A program made the translations under genes and the position numbers. Below, one piece after another: positions 40,854-51,202 of a stretch of 64,000 nt of DNA (within the stretch, counting starts at the first letter, position 1; each line of letters starts with the position of its first letter). The stretch lies in contig CAYGLK010000002.1 of assembly GCA_964350985.1 (NCBI GenBank), positions 165,406-229,405 of the forward strand, read 5' to 3'. The notes under the pieces were generated by a model. That model worked only from the letters and a program-made list of their open reading frames with translations. It made no database searches and was not told where the DNA came from. Source of the DNA: an uncultured Candidatus Saccharibacteria bacterium (GTDB lineage Bacteria; Patescibacteriota; Minisyncoccia; Phycocordibacterales; UBA918).

Positions 40854-41978
40854 ATGTCTAAACATTCACATCATCACGATATTGATTTTAAAAAGGCCTT
40901 TACTGTAGAAGTAGAGCCAAAATCACAAGTAAAAATAAGCGGCGAGATCCCTTATGCTGAATTAGAAGCAGAGCGTGCAAATGCTATCAAATCACTAGGT
41001 CAAAATGTTAGCCTAGATGGTTTTAGAAAAGGTCACGTCCCGGCGGCTGTACTCGAGAAGCATATTGGTGAAATGAACATCCTAACTGAAATGGCTGAAC
41101 GCGCGATTTCACATATGTACCCACATATATTAGAAGCTCATAAAATTGACGCTATTGGTTACCCAAAGATCGAAATTACTAAAATTGCTCCTAAGAGTCC
41201 TCTAGGCTTTACGGCCACTGTAGCTACTATTCCTGAAATTGGTTTACCTGACTACAAAGCGATCGCCAAAGAAACCAATGCTAAAAAGCCAAGTTTGGAA
41301 GTAACAGATGCTGATCTAGAAGAGAAGATTAAAGATATTTTGCGTCAAAAAGCCGCTTACGAAAAAATACAAAAGAAAGCAGCTGAAACTCCAAGTGACG
41401 CCACTGACCTGCCTACTCCAGAAGATACTAAAGAAACAAAGGAAGAGCCAATTCCAGAGCTAACAGACGAAGTTGTTAAAGGACTAGGACAACCAGGACA
41501 ATTTGAAACAGTTGATCAATTCAAAAAAATGCTCCGTGAGCATCTAGAAATCGAAAAGACTCAAGAAGTTAACGCTAATCACCGAGCAAGTATCACTGAT
41601 CAAATTATTGAAAAGAGTACAATTGAATTACCACAGATTTTGATCGATTCAGAACTTAACCAAATGTTTGCGCAAATGGAAGAAGACCTGAAGAGATCAA
41701 ATCTAAAGATGGACGACTACTTGTCTCACATTAAAAAGACTAAGGATGATCTACGCAAAGAATGGTCACCTAGTGCTGAGAAACGAGCTAAGTTACAACT
41801 GATCTTAAACGAAATTGCCAAGAAGGAGAAAATTGTTGCTGATGAAAAACTAGTGTCTGAGCAAGTTAAAGCTTTGCTAGAACAATACAAAGATGCTGAC
41901 GAAGCCAGAGTTAGAGTATACGTATCTTCAATTCTGCAAAACGAAGCAGTGATGAAGAGTTTAGAAGAAATTAAATAA
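40854..41978 (+). CDS. tig: trigger factor lacking the PPIase domain
   Basis: DGFRKGHVP ribosome-binding motif, C-terminal domain present, upstream of clpP. Confidence 0.92.
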   Translation: MSKHSHHHDIDFKKAFTVEVEPKSQVKISGEIPYAELEAERANAIKSLGQNVSLDGFRKGHVPAAVLEKHIGEMNILTEMAERAISHMYPHILEAHKIDAIGYPKIEITKIAPKSPLGFTATVATIPEIGLPDYKAIAKETNAKKPSLEVTDADLEEKIKDILRQKAAYEKIQKKAAETPSDATDLPTPEDTKETKEEPIPELTDEVVKGLGQPGQFETVDQFKKMLREHLEIEKTQEVNANHRASITDQIIEKSTIELPQILIDSELNQMFAQMEEDLKRSNLKMDDYLSHIKKTKDDLRKEWSPSAEKRAKLQLILNEIAKKEKIVADEKLVSEQVKALLEQYKDADEARVRVYVSSILQNEAVMKSLEEIK

Positions 41979-42086
41979 TTAGAGGTTGCATAAAAAAGGG
42001 CTGCCGTCGGCAGCCCTTTTTTACTTTCTCCCCAAATCTGTTACCATTCACCTTAATCAGTAACGACAGAATTCACATTTTAATTT

Positions 42087-42701
42087 ATGCAAAATAATTC
42101 ACAAAAAGAAACCAATCCCGTAGAGAACTACATGGTACCGATGGTAATTGAAAAGACTCTAGGTGGAGAAAGAGCCTTTGACATCTTTTCTCGTCTGCTA
42201 AAAGAGCGGATTATCTTTATTACCGGACCGATCGAAGACCATATGGCCAATCTAGTAGTAGCGCAGCTACTTTTCCTAGAAGCTGAAGATCCAAAAAAAG
42301 ATATCTTTATCTACATCAACTCACCTGGAGGAAGTGTGACTGCCGGACTTGGTATTATCGACACGATGCACCACATCAAACCTGACGTAGCGACTGTATG
42401 TGTCGGTATCGCTGCTTCAATGGGTTCACTTATCCTTTCTCAAGGGGCTAAAGGAAAGCGAGCTATACTGCCAAATGCTGAAGTGATGATCCACCAACCA
42501 ATGGGAGGTGCTTACGGACAAGCGACTGATATTGATATCACAGCAAAACATATCCTAAAGACCAGAGATAAACTCAACAAGCTCCTAGCTAAAGCTAGTG
42601 GTCAAAAGCTAAGCAAAGTGGAGACAGACGTTGAACGAGACTTCTTTATGGACGCAGAACAAGCTAAGAACTACGGATTGGTAGACAAAATCTACAAATA
42701 A
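42087..42701 (+). CDS. clpP: ATP-dependent Clp protease proteolytic subunit
   Basis: [31 protein letters not shown]. Confidence 0.98.
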   Translation: MQNNSQKETNPVENYMVPMVIEKTLGGERAFDIFSRLLKERIIFITGPIEDHMANLVVAQLLFLEAEDPKKDIFIYINSPGGSVTAGLGIIDTMHHIKPDVATVCVGIAASMGSLILSQGAKGKRAILPNAEVMIHQPMGGAYGQATDIDITAKHILKTRDKLNKLLAKASGQKLSKVETDVERDFFMDAEQAKNYGLVDKIYK

Positions 42702-42877
42702 ACCAGAAACAAAGTTAAAAACAAATCTCTCCTTCTAGGAGAGATTTGTTTTTAAGCCTTTATGGTCAAATTACTAGATAATGGTGGATGCTTTTACAAG
42801 CTGCTATACTTCTGGTATGGTACCGACGAGGAGAGACTGTCACGCCCGGACCATTTAATAGTTGATATTGAAGAAAT

Positions 42878-44401
42878 ATGGATCAAACACTTGCCCTTGC
42901 GCTTGCAATGCTAGTGCTTGGTGCAGCTACTGGATACTATTTTCGATACCTACACGCCCTCTCAAAGAAACGTTCGATAGAAATTGATATAAAAGAACGA
43001 GAGGTTGCGGCTGAAAAAAAAGTTATCGACCTGATTGAAAAAGCGGAAGAAAAAGCCGCCAACATCCTGCACGAAGCCAAGCAAGAAAGAAAAACTCAAG
43101 AAGAAAAATTGTCCCAAAAAGAAGCACACCTCTTAAAAAGGGAGGATCTTATTGATAATAGACAAATTGAATTAGATTCTCAAAAAGAAATGGTTCAAGG
43201 AAAAATTAACGAAATAAAACAAATAAAAACTCAGTTGGATGATCGTAAAGGTGAAATTGATAAAAAGCTTGAAGAAGTAAGTGGCTTAACTGCTGAGGAA
43301 GCTTTGGGTAGATTAGTAACAAAAGTAGAGCAACAACACGAGGATGATCTTCGTGGCCGGATTGAAAAACTTGATCGACAAGGTACTGAGGCTTTTGAAG
43401 CCAAGGCACAAAATATTTTGTTAGCTGCTATTCACCGAGTTGGCAACAATATCCCTTCAAACACAATGACAACTCATGTTGAAATCCCAAGTGATGATCT
43501 AAAGGGTAAAGTTATCGGAAAAGAAGGGCGAAATGTTCGAGCTTTTGAAAGAGCTACTGGCGTAGACGTGATGATTGATGAAACTCCTGGTTTTATTGTT
43601 TTGTCTTCATTTGACCCAATCCGACGTGAGATCGCTCGAGTTGCACTAGAAGCTCTACTTAAAGACGGTCGTATCCAACCAGCTAAGATTGAAGAGATGG
43701 TTGAAACAGCTCGAAAAGAAGTGGCGACCATGGTACGAAAGATGGGTGAGAAGGCCGCCTATGAAGCTAACGTGCCAAACTTACATCCCGATCTTATTAG
43801 TATCTTAGGGCGACTACACTTCCGTACTAGTTACGGACAAAATGTTCTCTGGCACTCAGTCGAGATGGCGCATATGGCTGCGATTATCGCTGAAGAAGTA
43901 GGAGCTGATGTAGCTATTGCTAGAGCCGGCGCTTTGCTACACGATATTGGTAAATGTGTTAGTCATGAAGTAGCTGGAACGCACGTTGAGATTGGTATTC
44001 GTATCTTAGAGAAATATGCCGTTGATCACCAAGTAGTCTTAGCGATGCGAGCACACCATGAAGAATACCCTTACGAAACACCAGAATCTATTATTGTTCA
44101 GGTGGCTGATGCTATCTCTGGTGGACGTCCTGGAGCAAGAAGAGACTCAATAGAAAACTACATCAAGAGACTAACGGATCTCGAAGCTATTGCCACAACC
44201 ATCAAAGGAGTTGATAAAGCCTTTGCAATTGCTGCTGGTCGTGAGATTAGAGTCTTGGTAAATCCAGAAGCATTAAATGACTTAGAGAGTCATACACTAG
44301 CGCGCACTATTGCTACAACCATTGAAGCAAAAATTCGCTTCCCTGGAGAGATCAAAGTGCACGTAATTCGTGAAACTAGAGTCGTCAGTTACGCTAGATA
44401 A
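42878..44401 (+). CDS. rny: ribonuclease Y
   Basis: N-terminal TM, coiled coil, KH (KGKVIGKEGRN), HD (LLHDIGK), ADAISGGRPGAR. Confidence 0.97.
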   Translation: MDQTLALALAMLVLGAATGYYFRYLHALSKKRSIEIDIKEREVAAEKKVIDLIEKAEEKAANILHEAKQERKTQEEKLSQKEAHLLKREDLIDNRQIELDSQKEMVQGKINEIKQIKTQLDDRKGEIDKKLEEVSGLTAEEALGRLVTKVEQQHEDDLRGRIEKLDRQGTEAFEAKAQNILLAAIHRVGNNIPSNTMTTHVEIPSDDLKGKVIGKEGRNVRAFERATGVDVMIDETPGFIVLSSFDPIRREIARVALEALLKDGRIQPAKIEEMVETARKEVATMVRKMGEKAAYEANVPNLHPDLISILGRLHFRTSYGQNVLWHSVEMAHMAAIIAEEVGADVAIARAGALLHDIGKCVSHEVAGTHVEIGIRILEKYAVDHQVVLAMRAHHEEYPYETPESIIVQVADAISGGRPGARRDSIENYIKRLTDLEAIATTIKGVDKAFAIAAGREIRVLVNPEALNDLESHTLARTIATTIEAKIRFPGEIKVHVIRETRVVSYAR

Positions 44402-44464
44402 GAAGCACTATAGAAAAATAAAAACGTTGAACCCCCGCATGCTTGGCACGCGGGGGTTTGCCGT

Positions 44465-45286
44465 TCAAATTACGACCAGATCCTTCAGCTCTGGGCAAAG
44501 GAAGAACAGCTTCTGCTTCTCCCGCTCCCCTGCTGGTACAAAAGAATCGAGAGCCGTGAACAGTGCGTGTCTCCAAAAACTCTCTTGGAACATTTCCTGC
44601 TCGACGACTGAAATAGTCTCGACCCCAAATACCTGCCCCAAAGCTGGTTGATAGGGAGCTGGCGGGAGTATAAACAAGCCTCTCCCATCAAGTTGTAGCT
44701 TGGTGATTCTGATTACTTCTTGATCGAGAAGCTCCTTGTACTCAAGCCCACCCAGCAGAGTCATAACTTTCTGCTGAAAGGTTGACGCCAGCATTTCCTC
44801 GCGACAGATTTCTGCCTCACTTTGATCCATCCCACTGGGACCTGATACAAAGTAATGCACATGAAACCCTTCGTGCATGAGGGCTAGTGTTCTGCCGACC
44901 TCACTCAAGGTTGTGCTGTCGTTGACAATCATTGTCCGCATACCCAGACTGAACTGGACTCCCAGGGGCTCCCTGAAGAACTCACTCCATTTCTGATGGA
45001 GGTTTTCATCACCTGGCACCATTGGCACGAAAGAGAACCATTCCCTGGTATTCCCCGACTCCAAGGAGATAACTCCACTTTCATGGGGCTCTCCCGGCAC
45101 AGCGTTGGTCTTGAGGAAGTGAATCATAGCCCTCACCTCAGGGTCTTTTATCTGACTGAGAACTTTCTCTGACCCACTGAACCAGCGCTCCATAATTACC
45201 CTTCTTGACACCACGGAGCTAGCGAAACTGTTGCTCAAAATCAGCAGCAACACGAGAAAAAACGACAACTTCTGCAAGATATTCAT
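44465..45286 (-). CDS. secreted hypothetical protein with HExxH motif
   Basis: Signal peptide, LMHEGFH plus downstream EE; GC-richer. Confidence 0.65.
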   Translation of the reverse strand: MNILQKLSFFLVLLLILSNSFASSVVSRRVIMERWFSGSEKVLSQIKDPEVRAMIHFLKTNAVPGEPHESGVISLESGNTREWFSFVPMVPGDENLHQKWSEFFREPLGVQFSLGMRTMIVNDSTTLSEVGRTLALMHEGFHVHYFVSGPSGMDQSEAEICREEMLASTFQQKVMTLLGGLEYKELLDQEVIRITKLQLDGRGLFILPPAPYQPALGQVFGVETISVVEQEMFQESFWRHALFTALDSFVPAGEREKQKLFFLCPELKDLVVI

Positions 45287-45590
45287 CGAGACTCTCCAGT
45301 GATTACTGCGTGGGTTGGTGAGTGGTGCTTAGTAGTACTACGACAACGAACTTTAACTACTAATGGCTAATCTACGCGACTATTTTCTTATGTCAAGATT
45401 GAGGATTTTTAGGAAAACTTTATCTAACATTATTATGCGCTATAATATTACAACACTAAATAAATAAAATGTAAGGTGTTGCAGCTAATACAGCTTGATA
45501 TATAATGTTGTTAAGCCATTATAAACGGCACCGTGCCTGAGTCATCAACTCAACACATTTTAATCACTCTTAGACATAAGTTTCAAATCT

Positions 45591-45863
45591 ATGAATAAAG
45601 CAGACATCATCAGTAAAGTGCACGAAGTACTAGGATCAACTAAGGCAGATGCTGAACGAGCAGTTGAAGCAGTATTCGGTAGTATCGAAGCAGCTATGAA
45701 AGACGGTACACAAGTATCAGTTGCTGGTTTCGGAATCTTCGAAGCGAAGATGCGAGCAAAGCGAGAAGCTCGAAACCCTCGAACTGGTGAAACTGTTAAT
45801 GTTCCAGCAATGCGAGTACCTAAATTCCGCGCTGCAAAAGCTTTGAAGGACTCTGTAAAATAG
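45591..45863 (+). CDS. hup: DNA-binding protein HU
   Basis: MNKADII, GFGIF, RNPRTGE, PKFRAAKALKD. Confidence 0.97.
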   Translation: MNKADIISKVHEVLGSTKADAERAVEAVFGSIEAAMKDGTQVSVAGFGIFEAKMRAKREARNPRTGETVNVPAMRVPKFRAAKALKDSVK

Positions 45864-46090
45864 ATTCTAATCTATTTAGAAAAGGCGCTGTTTTATGAAA
45901 TAAAACAGCGCCTTTTCACATCCCCAAACTTATCCCCCACAAATATTAAAAGTAGTGTGATATTATATAAAGGTAGCGGAGGTAAATACGCTATGTGGAG
46001 AATGCAGAGTATTCCTCAGCTATTTCCCATCACAATTTAAACAGGAGCCTCGTACAGCCACGGGGCTTTTGTTTTACCTCGACAGTTTGA

Positions 46091-47266
46091 TTACTTTTTT
46101 CTTATATAAAAATAAAGTGGTAACGTAGTTAATAGGAAACAAATACCCAAAACAAAGAAAGCGATTTGATAACTAGTCTGTTCAATAACAATTCCAAGAA
46201 CAAAACAAATAATACCATTGAATATATTTGATATCTGGGCTTCTGTAGAAAGCAAAGTTGCCTTAAACTTACTTTCCCTAATAATCTCTAATATAAACCC
46301 TCGAGAGACCTGCGAAAGCCCCCATTGAAACCCATTTATAACCAGCAGTACCCCAGCCACAAACCAAGCATTCACACTAACAGCTAAAAGTAACAACAGA
46401 ATAGTGTAGAAAATTATTTTAAACCGATAAAATAAAACAATATTTGGGAAATAATTTTTGATTAAGCCACTGTAGGCGAGTATCAAAGAAGCTAACGCTC
46501 TCCCAGCACCAAATAGTACCCCAAACCAAATTACCGGTATCTCTAAAAAAACTTGATAGGGCGCTCGAAAAATTCCAATACTAAATAAAACGGCGCCAAC
46601 GAAGGCGGAAAAGATAGCGTACCTAAAAAATCCTAGTTTGTACCCAGCTTGCATTACTTGTTTAAAGTTGGTGGTGTTCACTTCAGCAACATGTTCGGGA
46701 GTCACTTGTGGTGTTGTTAGTGATAGAGCAAAAATAAGACCGATCACGTCCAGTACTATAGATAGAGCGAAAGGGACTTTGTAGCTGATACTAACGAGAA
46801 ATGGTGTCAGCACTGTTAAAACGATCGGTACAGCAAAGCCTATCGAACTGGCTTTACCCATAACCTTAGCGTAATCCTCTTCACGATTTAACGCCCTGAG
46901 TGTTTCATGCATGAAAGCTGATCCAGTACCACTAAAGAAGGCCGAAGCCACACTCAAAGAAATAGACCCCAATATAAGCAGTGTAAGACTATTTGAGATC
47001 AGAAAAAAGAAACTGGATAAAATGAAAAAAAGATACGCGACAACAATAGCTTGTTTGTGACCTAATTTATCAGACACATATCCGCTTGGAATCTCAAATA
47101 AAAATCCCGCCATATTACCAATTAGTAGGATTAGCCCAATTGATTGGGCTGTCACATCTGGGATAGTTAAATAATATGCTCCCAGGATCGCAATATAAGT
47201 ACGCTTATTGGTAACAAGCAAAACGGTATATTTCCAAATATTGGCATTCATTTTTTCTAAGTACAT
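46091..47266 (-). CDS. MFS transporter
   Basis: FEIPSGYVSDKLGHK motif A, about 12 TM segments. Confidence 0.9.
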   Translation of the reverse strand: MYLEKMNANIWKYTVLLVTNKRTYIAILGAYYLTIPDVTAQSIGLILLIGNMAGFLFEIPSGYVSDKLGHKQAIVVAYLFFILSSFFFLISNSLTLLILGSISLSVASAFFSGTGSAFMHETLRALNREEDYAKVMGKASSIGFAVPIVLTVLTPFLVSISYKVPFALSIVLDVIGLIFALSLTTPQVTPEHVAEVNTTNFKQVMQAGYKLGFFRYAIFSAFVGAVLFSIGIFRAPYQVFLEIPVIWFGVLFGAGRALASLILAYSGLIKNYFPNIVLFYRFKIIFYTILLLLLAVSVNAWFVAGVLLVINGFQWGLSQVSRGFILEIIRESKFKATLLSTEAQISNIFNGIICFVLGIVIEQTSYQIAFFVLGICFLLTTLPLYFYIRKK

Positions 47267-47347
47267 GCAGGATAACTATACATTATTGTTAAAGGAGCAC
47301 AATTAGAAAAAGCCGTCCTAAAGACGAGCTTTTTCAAAATAGTTAGT

Positions 47348-47782
47348 TTAGTACCCAAACTCTGAATAGAAGACATTATTACTATAGTTCAGAAGAGACA
47401 CTTTTACATAATCAACAATATTTTCTGGCAGCTGATCTAACTTAAACCAACTTAAGTCATCACATTTTTCTGGTTCTTTGTTACTGATCTCTCCAGAGTA
47501 AGCCTTAGTGGTCATAAAAAAATCAATTCTCTCATCGACACTCCCCTTTCGCTGCATTACGTGGACAACAGATATGTCATCAACTTTAAGATCGATTCCT
47601 ATTTCTTCTTTAATTTCACGCACGCAGCCTTCACGAGCGGTTTCATTTCCTTCTAGATGACCAGCAGGTACACCATAATACCCGTCCATAAAACCCGTGT
47701 TACAACGTCTTTGCAAAAGAATTTCATCACCTTTAATTAGGAATAGATATGCGGAACCAATATATGTAAATCTGTCTGTCAT
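47348..47782 (-). CDS. NUDIX hydrolase
   Basis: PAGHLEGNETAREGCVREIKEEIG Nudix box. Confidence 0.93.
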   Translation of the reverse strand: MTDRFTYIGSAYLFLIKGDEILLQRRCNTGFMDGYYGVPAGHLEGNETAREGCVREIKEEIGIDLKVDDISVVHVMQRKGSVDERIDFFMTTKAYSGEISNKEPEKCDDLSWFKLDQLPENIVDYVKVSLLNYSNNVFYSEFGY

Positions 47783-47863
47783 TGAGAAAGTATAGCAAAA
47801 TATAAAGTGCGGTTAAAACATGCAAAAAGCTGACCATAGGCCAGCTTTTTGCATACTAAACTC

Positions 47864-48367
47864 TTATCCAAAATTAAGCTTCTCTCCCCGCAAGAGCTGA
47901 AATGCTTTAACTAAAGCTTTTATCTCTGGGTCATCACCTCTTTTGTTCTTAGTCATCACTTTTTCAATCTCATTTTCAGCAAACCATCCATATTCTGAGT
48001 GATCATCCATATTAATTTTAATATCTTCTACATTAGAAATAATGGTAGCAAAAAATATTACTTCTACTGAATGTGAACCTTTTACATTATTCATATATGT
48101 AAAAGAGGTAAGTGGATCTCCCACGTTAATCTCAATGTCAAATTCCTCTTTGATTTCTCGTTTTAGGCCATCAACAATATTTTCTCCAAAATCTATGTGC
48201 CCACCAGGTATCTCATACACACTTGGTAGAAACTTTTTTGTTGCTGCTCTCTTCGGCAGAAAGATTTTTTCTACACCATTAAATTTTTTATGAATAAGAG
48301 CGCACGCGGTTATAACTTGCTGCCCTTTTGCAGGCACCTCGCTATCGTGAGAAGTTTTAGTTTCCAT
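47864..48367 (-). CDS. NUDIX hydrolase
   Basis: PGGHIDFGENIVDGLKREIKEE Nudix box. Confidence 0.93.
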   Translation of the reverse strand: METKTSHDSEVPAKGQQVITACALIHKKFNGVEKIFLPKRAATKKFLPSVYEIPGGHIDFGENIVDGLKREIKEEFDIEINVGDPLTSFTYMNNVKGSHSVEVIFFATIISNVEDIKINMDDHSEYGWFAENEIEKVMTKNKRGDDPEIKALVKAFQLLRGEKLNFG

Positions 48368-48390
48368 AAAGTAAATATTATTTTGTAAGA

Positions 48391-48456
48391 GGGTGCCAAG
48401 ACGCGTTGTCTCCGGCTCTGATAGCATTAAACTACCTGAAAATAATTATTTTGCAA
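48391..48456 (-). promoter_or_regulatory. conserved promoter plus leader motif upstream of NUDIX (copy 1)
   Basis: TTGCAA...TCAGGTAGTTTAATGCTATCAGAGCCGGAGACAACGCGTCTTGGCACC; near-identical copy at 51123-51188. Confidence 0.75.
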
Positions 48457-48495
48457 GTTTTTAGTATTTGTCTAATAAGTTAGATTTTTGAAAAT

Positions 48496-48867
48496 TTAAT
48501 TTAAAGTAGAACCACTTCCAAGATGAAAGTGGAGCTGGGCCACTTCTTGCCTCTTTCCTCCATTGGTAACTATAGTGTAATCAGTGTCTTGCCAGCCTTT
48601 GTCTAAAATAATTTCTTGAGCGACCTCAAGGCATTCTTTTATGTATTTAAAATCATCAGGAGTAGCTTCAGACAGGTTTTTGATGGCTTTTTTAGGGACA
48701 ATCAATATATGCTCTTCCCAGTGCGGTTTAGGGTGCTTAAAGGCAATTACTTTATCAGTTTCCTTAATTCTTTTTACCGGTAAAAGGCCGGATAGTTTTC
48801 CAAAGGCTACTCCAACAATTAATTCACCCAGAGGTGACTTTGCTAGAGTTAAAAGCAATTTTTTCAT
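48496..48867 (-). CDS. HIT-like protein (degenerate triad)
   Basis: HILIVPKK, NGGKRQEVAQLHFHL. Confidence 0.85.
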   Translation of the reverse strand: MKKLLLTLAKSPLGELIVGVAFGKLSGLLPVKRIKETDKVIAFKHPKPHWEEHILIVPKKAIKNLSEATPDDFKYIKECLEVAQEIILDKGWQDTDYTIVTNGGKRQEVAQLHFHLGSGSTLN

Positions 48868-48887
48868 AGGTTGATTATAGCAAAAGA

Positions 48888-48909
48888 CCTTGTGGGACGA
48901 CGCTAGAAC
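48888..48909 (+). repeat. 22-bp P-arm junction motif, copy 1
   Basis: CCTTGTGGGACGACGCTAGAAC. Confidence 0.85.
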
Positions 48910-49017
48910 GGTTTTGATCGAAGATGAAGATATAGAATAAAAAAACTCCCCTTGTACCTTTCGGCCTCGGGGAGATTATTTGTCCATATTCAGGCTGGAT
49001 TACAGTTACTTGGCTGC

Positions 49018-49467
49018 CTAAACAACCTCACACTCAAGGAACCCTCTGATCAGTCGGATAGCTTCAAGCCGCGAGTGTCTGGGACGAAGTTCTTCATAGT
49101 AGTTTGCCTCCATTGCAAAGAGAAGTTTATTAAGCTCCTCCACCTTCGCACCAAACACGGCCTGAACAGTTTGAGTGGGGTCCTTTATCAACTCCTCACC
49201 AAGCTCAACATAGAAATAGCGAATGAGAGAGCCCACTGCAATTACCCCAGCAAGTTTCTGGCGATGTGGCGAGAGGTGCAACTCAGACAAAAGAGCATCT
49301 ATCTCCTCGATTTCTATCTTGGGAATTGCTGACACTGGGACATTTTCGTCCTGTGCCCGTTTCAGAGTCTGAAGCGTTAGTCCTCCAGCACAAGCTTGAG
49401 CCTCTGAACCAGTGACAAATTCCATCAAACCTTTTGACATATCATCATTCCATCCACAAAGTGGCAT
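49018..49467 (-). CDS. hypothetical protein divergent from a TrmB-like regulator
   Basis: MPLCGWND... with a GGAGG SD. Confidence 0.65.
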   Translation of the reverse strand: MPLCGWNDDMSKGLMEFVTGSEAQACAGGLTLQTLKRAQDENVPVSAIPKIEIEEIDALLSELHLSPHRQKLAGVIAVGSLIRYFYVELGEELIKDPTQTVQAVFGAKVEELNKLLFAMEANYYEELRPRHSRLEAIRLIRGFLECEVV

Positions 49468-49670
49468 ACATCCTCCAAATATCAATGTTTTTAAAGAACT
49501 ATCAAAAATCTTTTGATAGACCAAGTTTAAGAATATAGCAATATATAATTTTGGCATCTAAATAATTATTTATTTAGAAATGCATGATATACCAATTTAA
49601 ATATAGCTAATTTTTACTCTACTATGTCCAAAATATGGACATAATAGATACTGTTTGATATCATTAAGCA

Positions 49671-50441
49671 ATGAAAAAGTGGACAAAACAGCAGTGTACA
49701 ATACTGGGAATAGACAACAAAGAAGCAAGGATTCTTGATGTATTATCTAGCACGGCAGGAACAAATACTGTAGCCGTAGCAGAAAAATCTTTTATTCCAC
49801 GCATAACTACCAGACGGATATTACAAAAATTAGTGAGCCGAGGACTAGTCACGCGAACCAAACTCAAACAATCAATCAACTGGACATTAGTAAGTCCAAC
49901 AGTATTCGAAAAGAAAATCGCTTCAATATTTCAAGACTCTGATTTGTTCCATACTAGAAACATCGGTTTATCAGAAGTAGGTAGTCTAAATATCTACAGG
50001 GGTGTGAAAGAGATGATTGAAAGTAACCGCAAAATACTTATCGCACATACTGGTGAACGAGTACTAGCCATAGAGCCAAATGGAATTTGGAAGCACTTTG
50101 CGAAAATTGATCCTGAGCCAGTCCATCAATTAAATCTGTTACGGAAAGAAAAACAAATATTAATAGAGATGGTAGCAGAGGAAGGCTTTAAAGAGGTTAT
50201 AGGCAATATTGTCCATCCAAATGTAATCAATTCATTTATGTCTCTCGCTGTTGATATAAAAGTGGTACCTGCTGGTACTCTAGATTCTGCAACAGAAATT
50301 CTCATCTTTCGCGACCAATTATTATTTATGGATTGGGCACATTTAGTAGCAGTAGAAGTTAAAAATCCTAGTACACTTCGTGTCATCAAAGCAATGTTTC
50401 GAACACTTCAATCGAGTGGCTACGACTATGCTTTGAAATAA
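49671..50441 (+). CDS. TrmB-like transcriptional regulator
   Basis: LGIDNKEARI...IPRITTRRILQKLVSRGLV wHTH; IYRGVKE and a PLD-like C-terminal domain; inverted repeat TATGTCCA-N5-TGGACATA at 49623-49643. Confidence 0.8.
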   Translation: MKKWTKQQCTILGIDNKEARILDVLSSTAGTNTVAVAEKSFIPRITTRRILQKLVSRGLVTRTKLKQSINWTLVSPTVFEKKIASIFQDSDLFHTRNIGLSEVGSLNIYRGVKEMIESNRKILIAHTGERVLAIEPNGIWKHFAKIDPEPVHQLNLLRKEKQILIEMVAEEGFKEVIGNIVHPNVINSFMSLAVDIKVVPAGTLDSATEILIFRDQLLFMDWAHLVAVEVKNPSTLRVIKAMFRTLQSSGYDYALK

Positions 50442-50452
50442 ATACGCAGCTA

Positions 50453-50652
50453 CGGGTGAGAAGAATCGGCGCCAGTTCTAAATAAAATTCTTCGTAAACT
50501 CGAATTTATATTAAGAACCCGCTGCCCCGTCGCTTCTGTACGGACGCTATGCCTTGCGTCCGGCTTCGCCAGAAGCTCTCTTCGATTCTTCTCACACGCT
50601 ACAAACAGCAACGGCCTCAATACATTCGTATTGAGGCCGGCCGATTTGTGCG
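50453..50652. repeat. 200-bp tRNA-Gly-armed structured element (type B, copy 1)
   Basis: Identical to 55183-55382; has inverted tRNA-Gly 3'-end arms and a terminal hairpin. Confidence 0.92.
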
Positions 50653-50674
50653 CCTTGTGGGACGACGTTAGAAC
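50653..50674 (+). repeat. 22-bp P-arm junction motif, copy 2
   Basis: CCTTGTGGGACGACGTTAGAAC. Confidence 0.88.
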
Positions 50675-50676
50675 TT

Positions 50677-51099
50677 TTATTGATGATTTGCAGGATCAAA
50701 CATTCCTAAAAGTTTTTTAGGTCCGTCAAAAAGTTCCATACCCTCAACATCGTCTTTGTTAACAAAGCGTATTTCAATACATTCATCTGAAGGTGTGAAA
50801 TTTAAATGCTCTAATTTAGTTTCATACAAAACATTAGCGATCCTTATTTCGGGGTGGTTTGTACTCCTGCCAGTTATGAAGTAGCTAGGGTTACTTGCTA
50901 TGTAAACTGCTTTCAGTCCCATCTCTTCCATTAATTCTCTAGGTAAATCTTCTTGAGGTGTAACGTCCCAATCTAAACCACCGCCCGGTAATTCCCATCG
51001 CCCGTTCTCCTCTTTACAGAGTAAGAATTTATCTTTTGTCTCGTTTAGAACTAAAGCTTTAACACTGACACGATAAAAACAGTTTGGTATTTCACTCAT
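50677..51099 (-). CDS. NUDIX hydrolase
   Basis: WELPGGGLDWDVTPQEDLPRELMEEMG. Confidence 0.92.
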   Translation of the reverse strand: MSEIPNCFYRVSVKALVLNETKDKFLLCKEENGRWELPGGGLDWDVTPQEDLPRELMEEMGLKAVYIASNPSYFITGRSTNHPEIRIANVLYETKLEHLNFTPSDECIEIRFVNKDDVEGMELFDGPKKLLGMFDPANHQ

Positions 51100-51122
51100 A
51101 AATATATTTTATGTTTTTAATA

Positions 51123-51188
51123 GGTGCCAAGACGCTGCGCCTCCGGCTCTGATAGCATTAAGTTACCTGAGGAGTGGTTATGTTGCAA
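51123..51188 (-). promoter_or_regulatory. conserved promoter plus leader motif upstream of NUDIX (copy 2)
   Basis: TTGCAA...TCAGGTAACTTAATGCTATCAGAGCCGGAGGCGCAGCGTCTTGGCACC. Confidence 0.75.
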
Positions 51189-51202
51189 GTTTTGAGCCTT
51201 AG

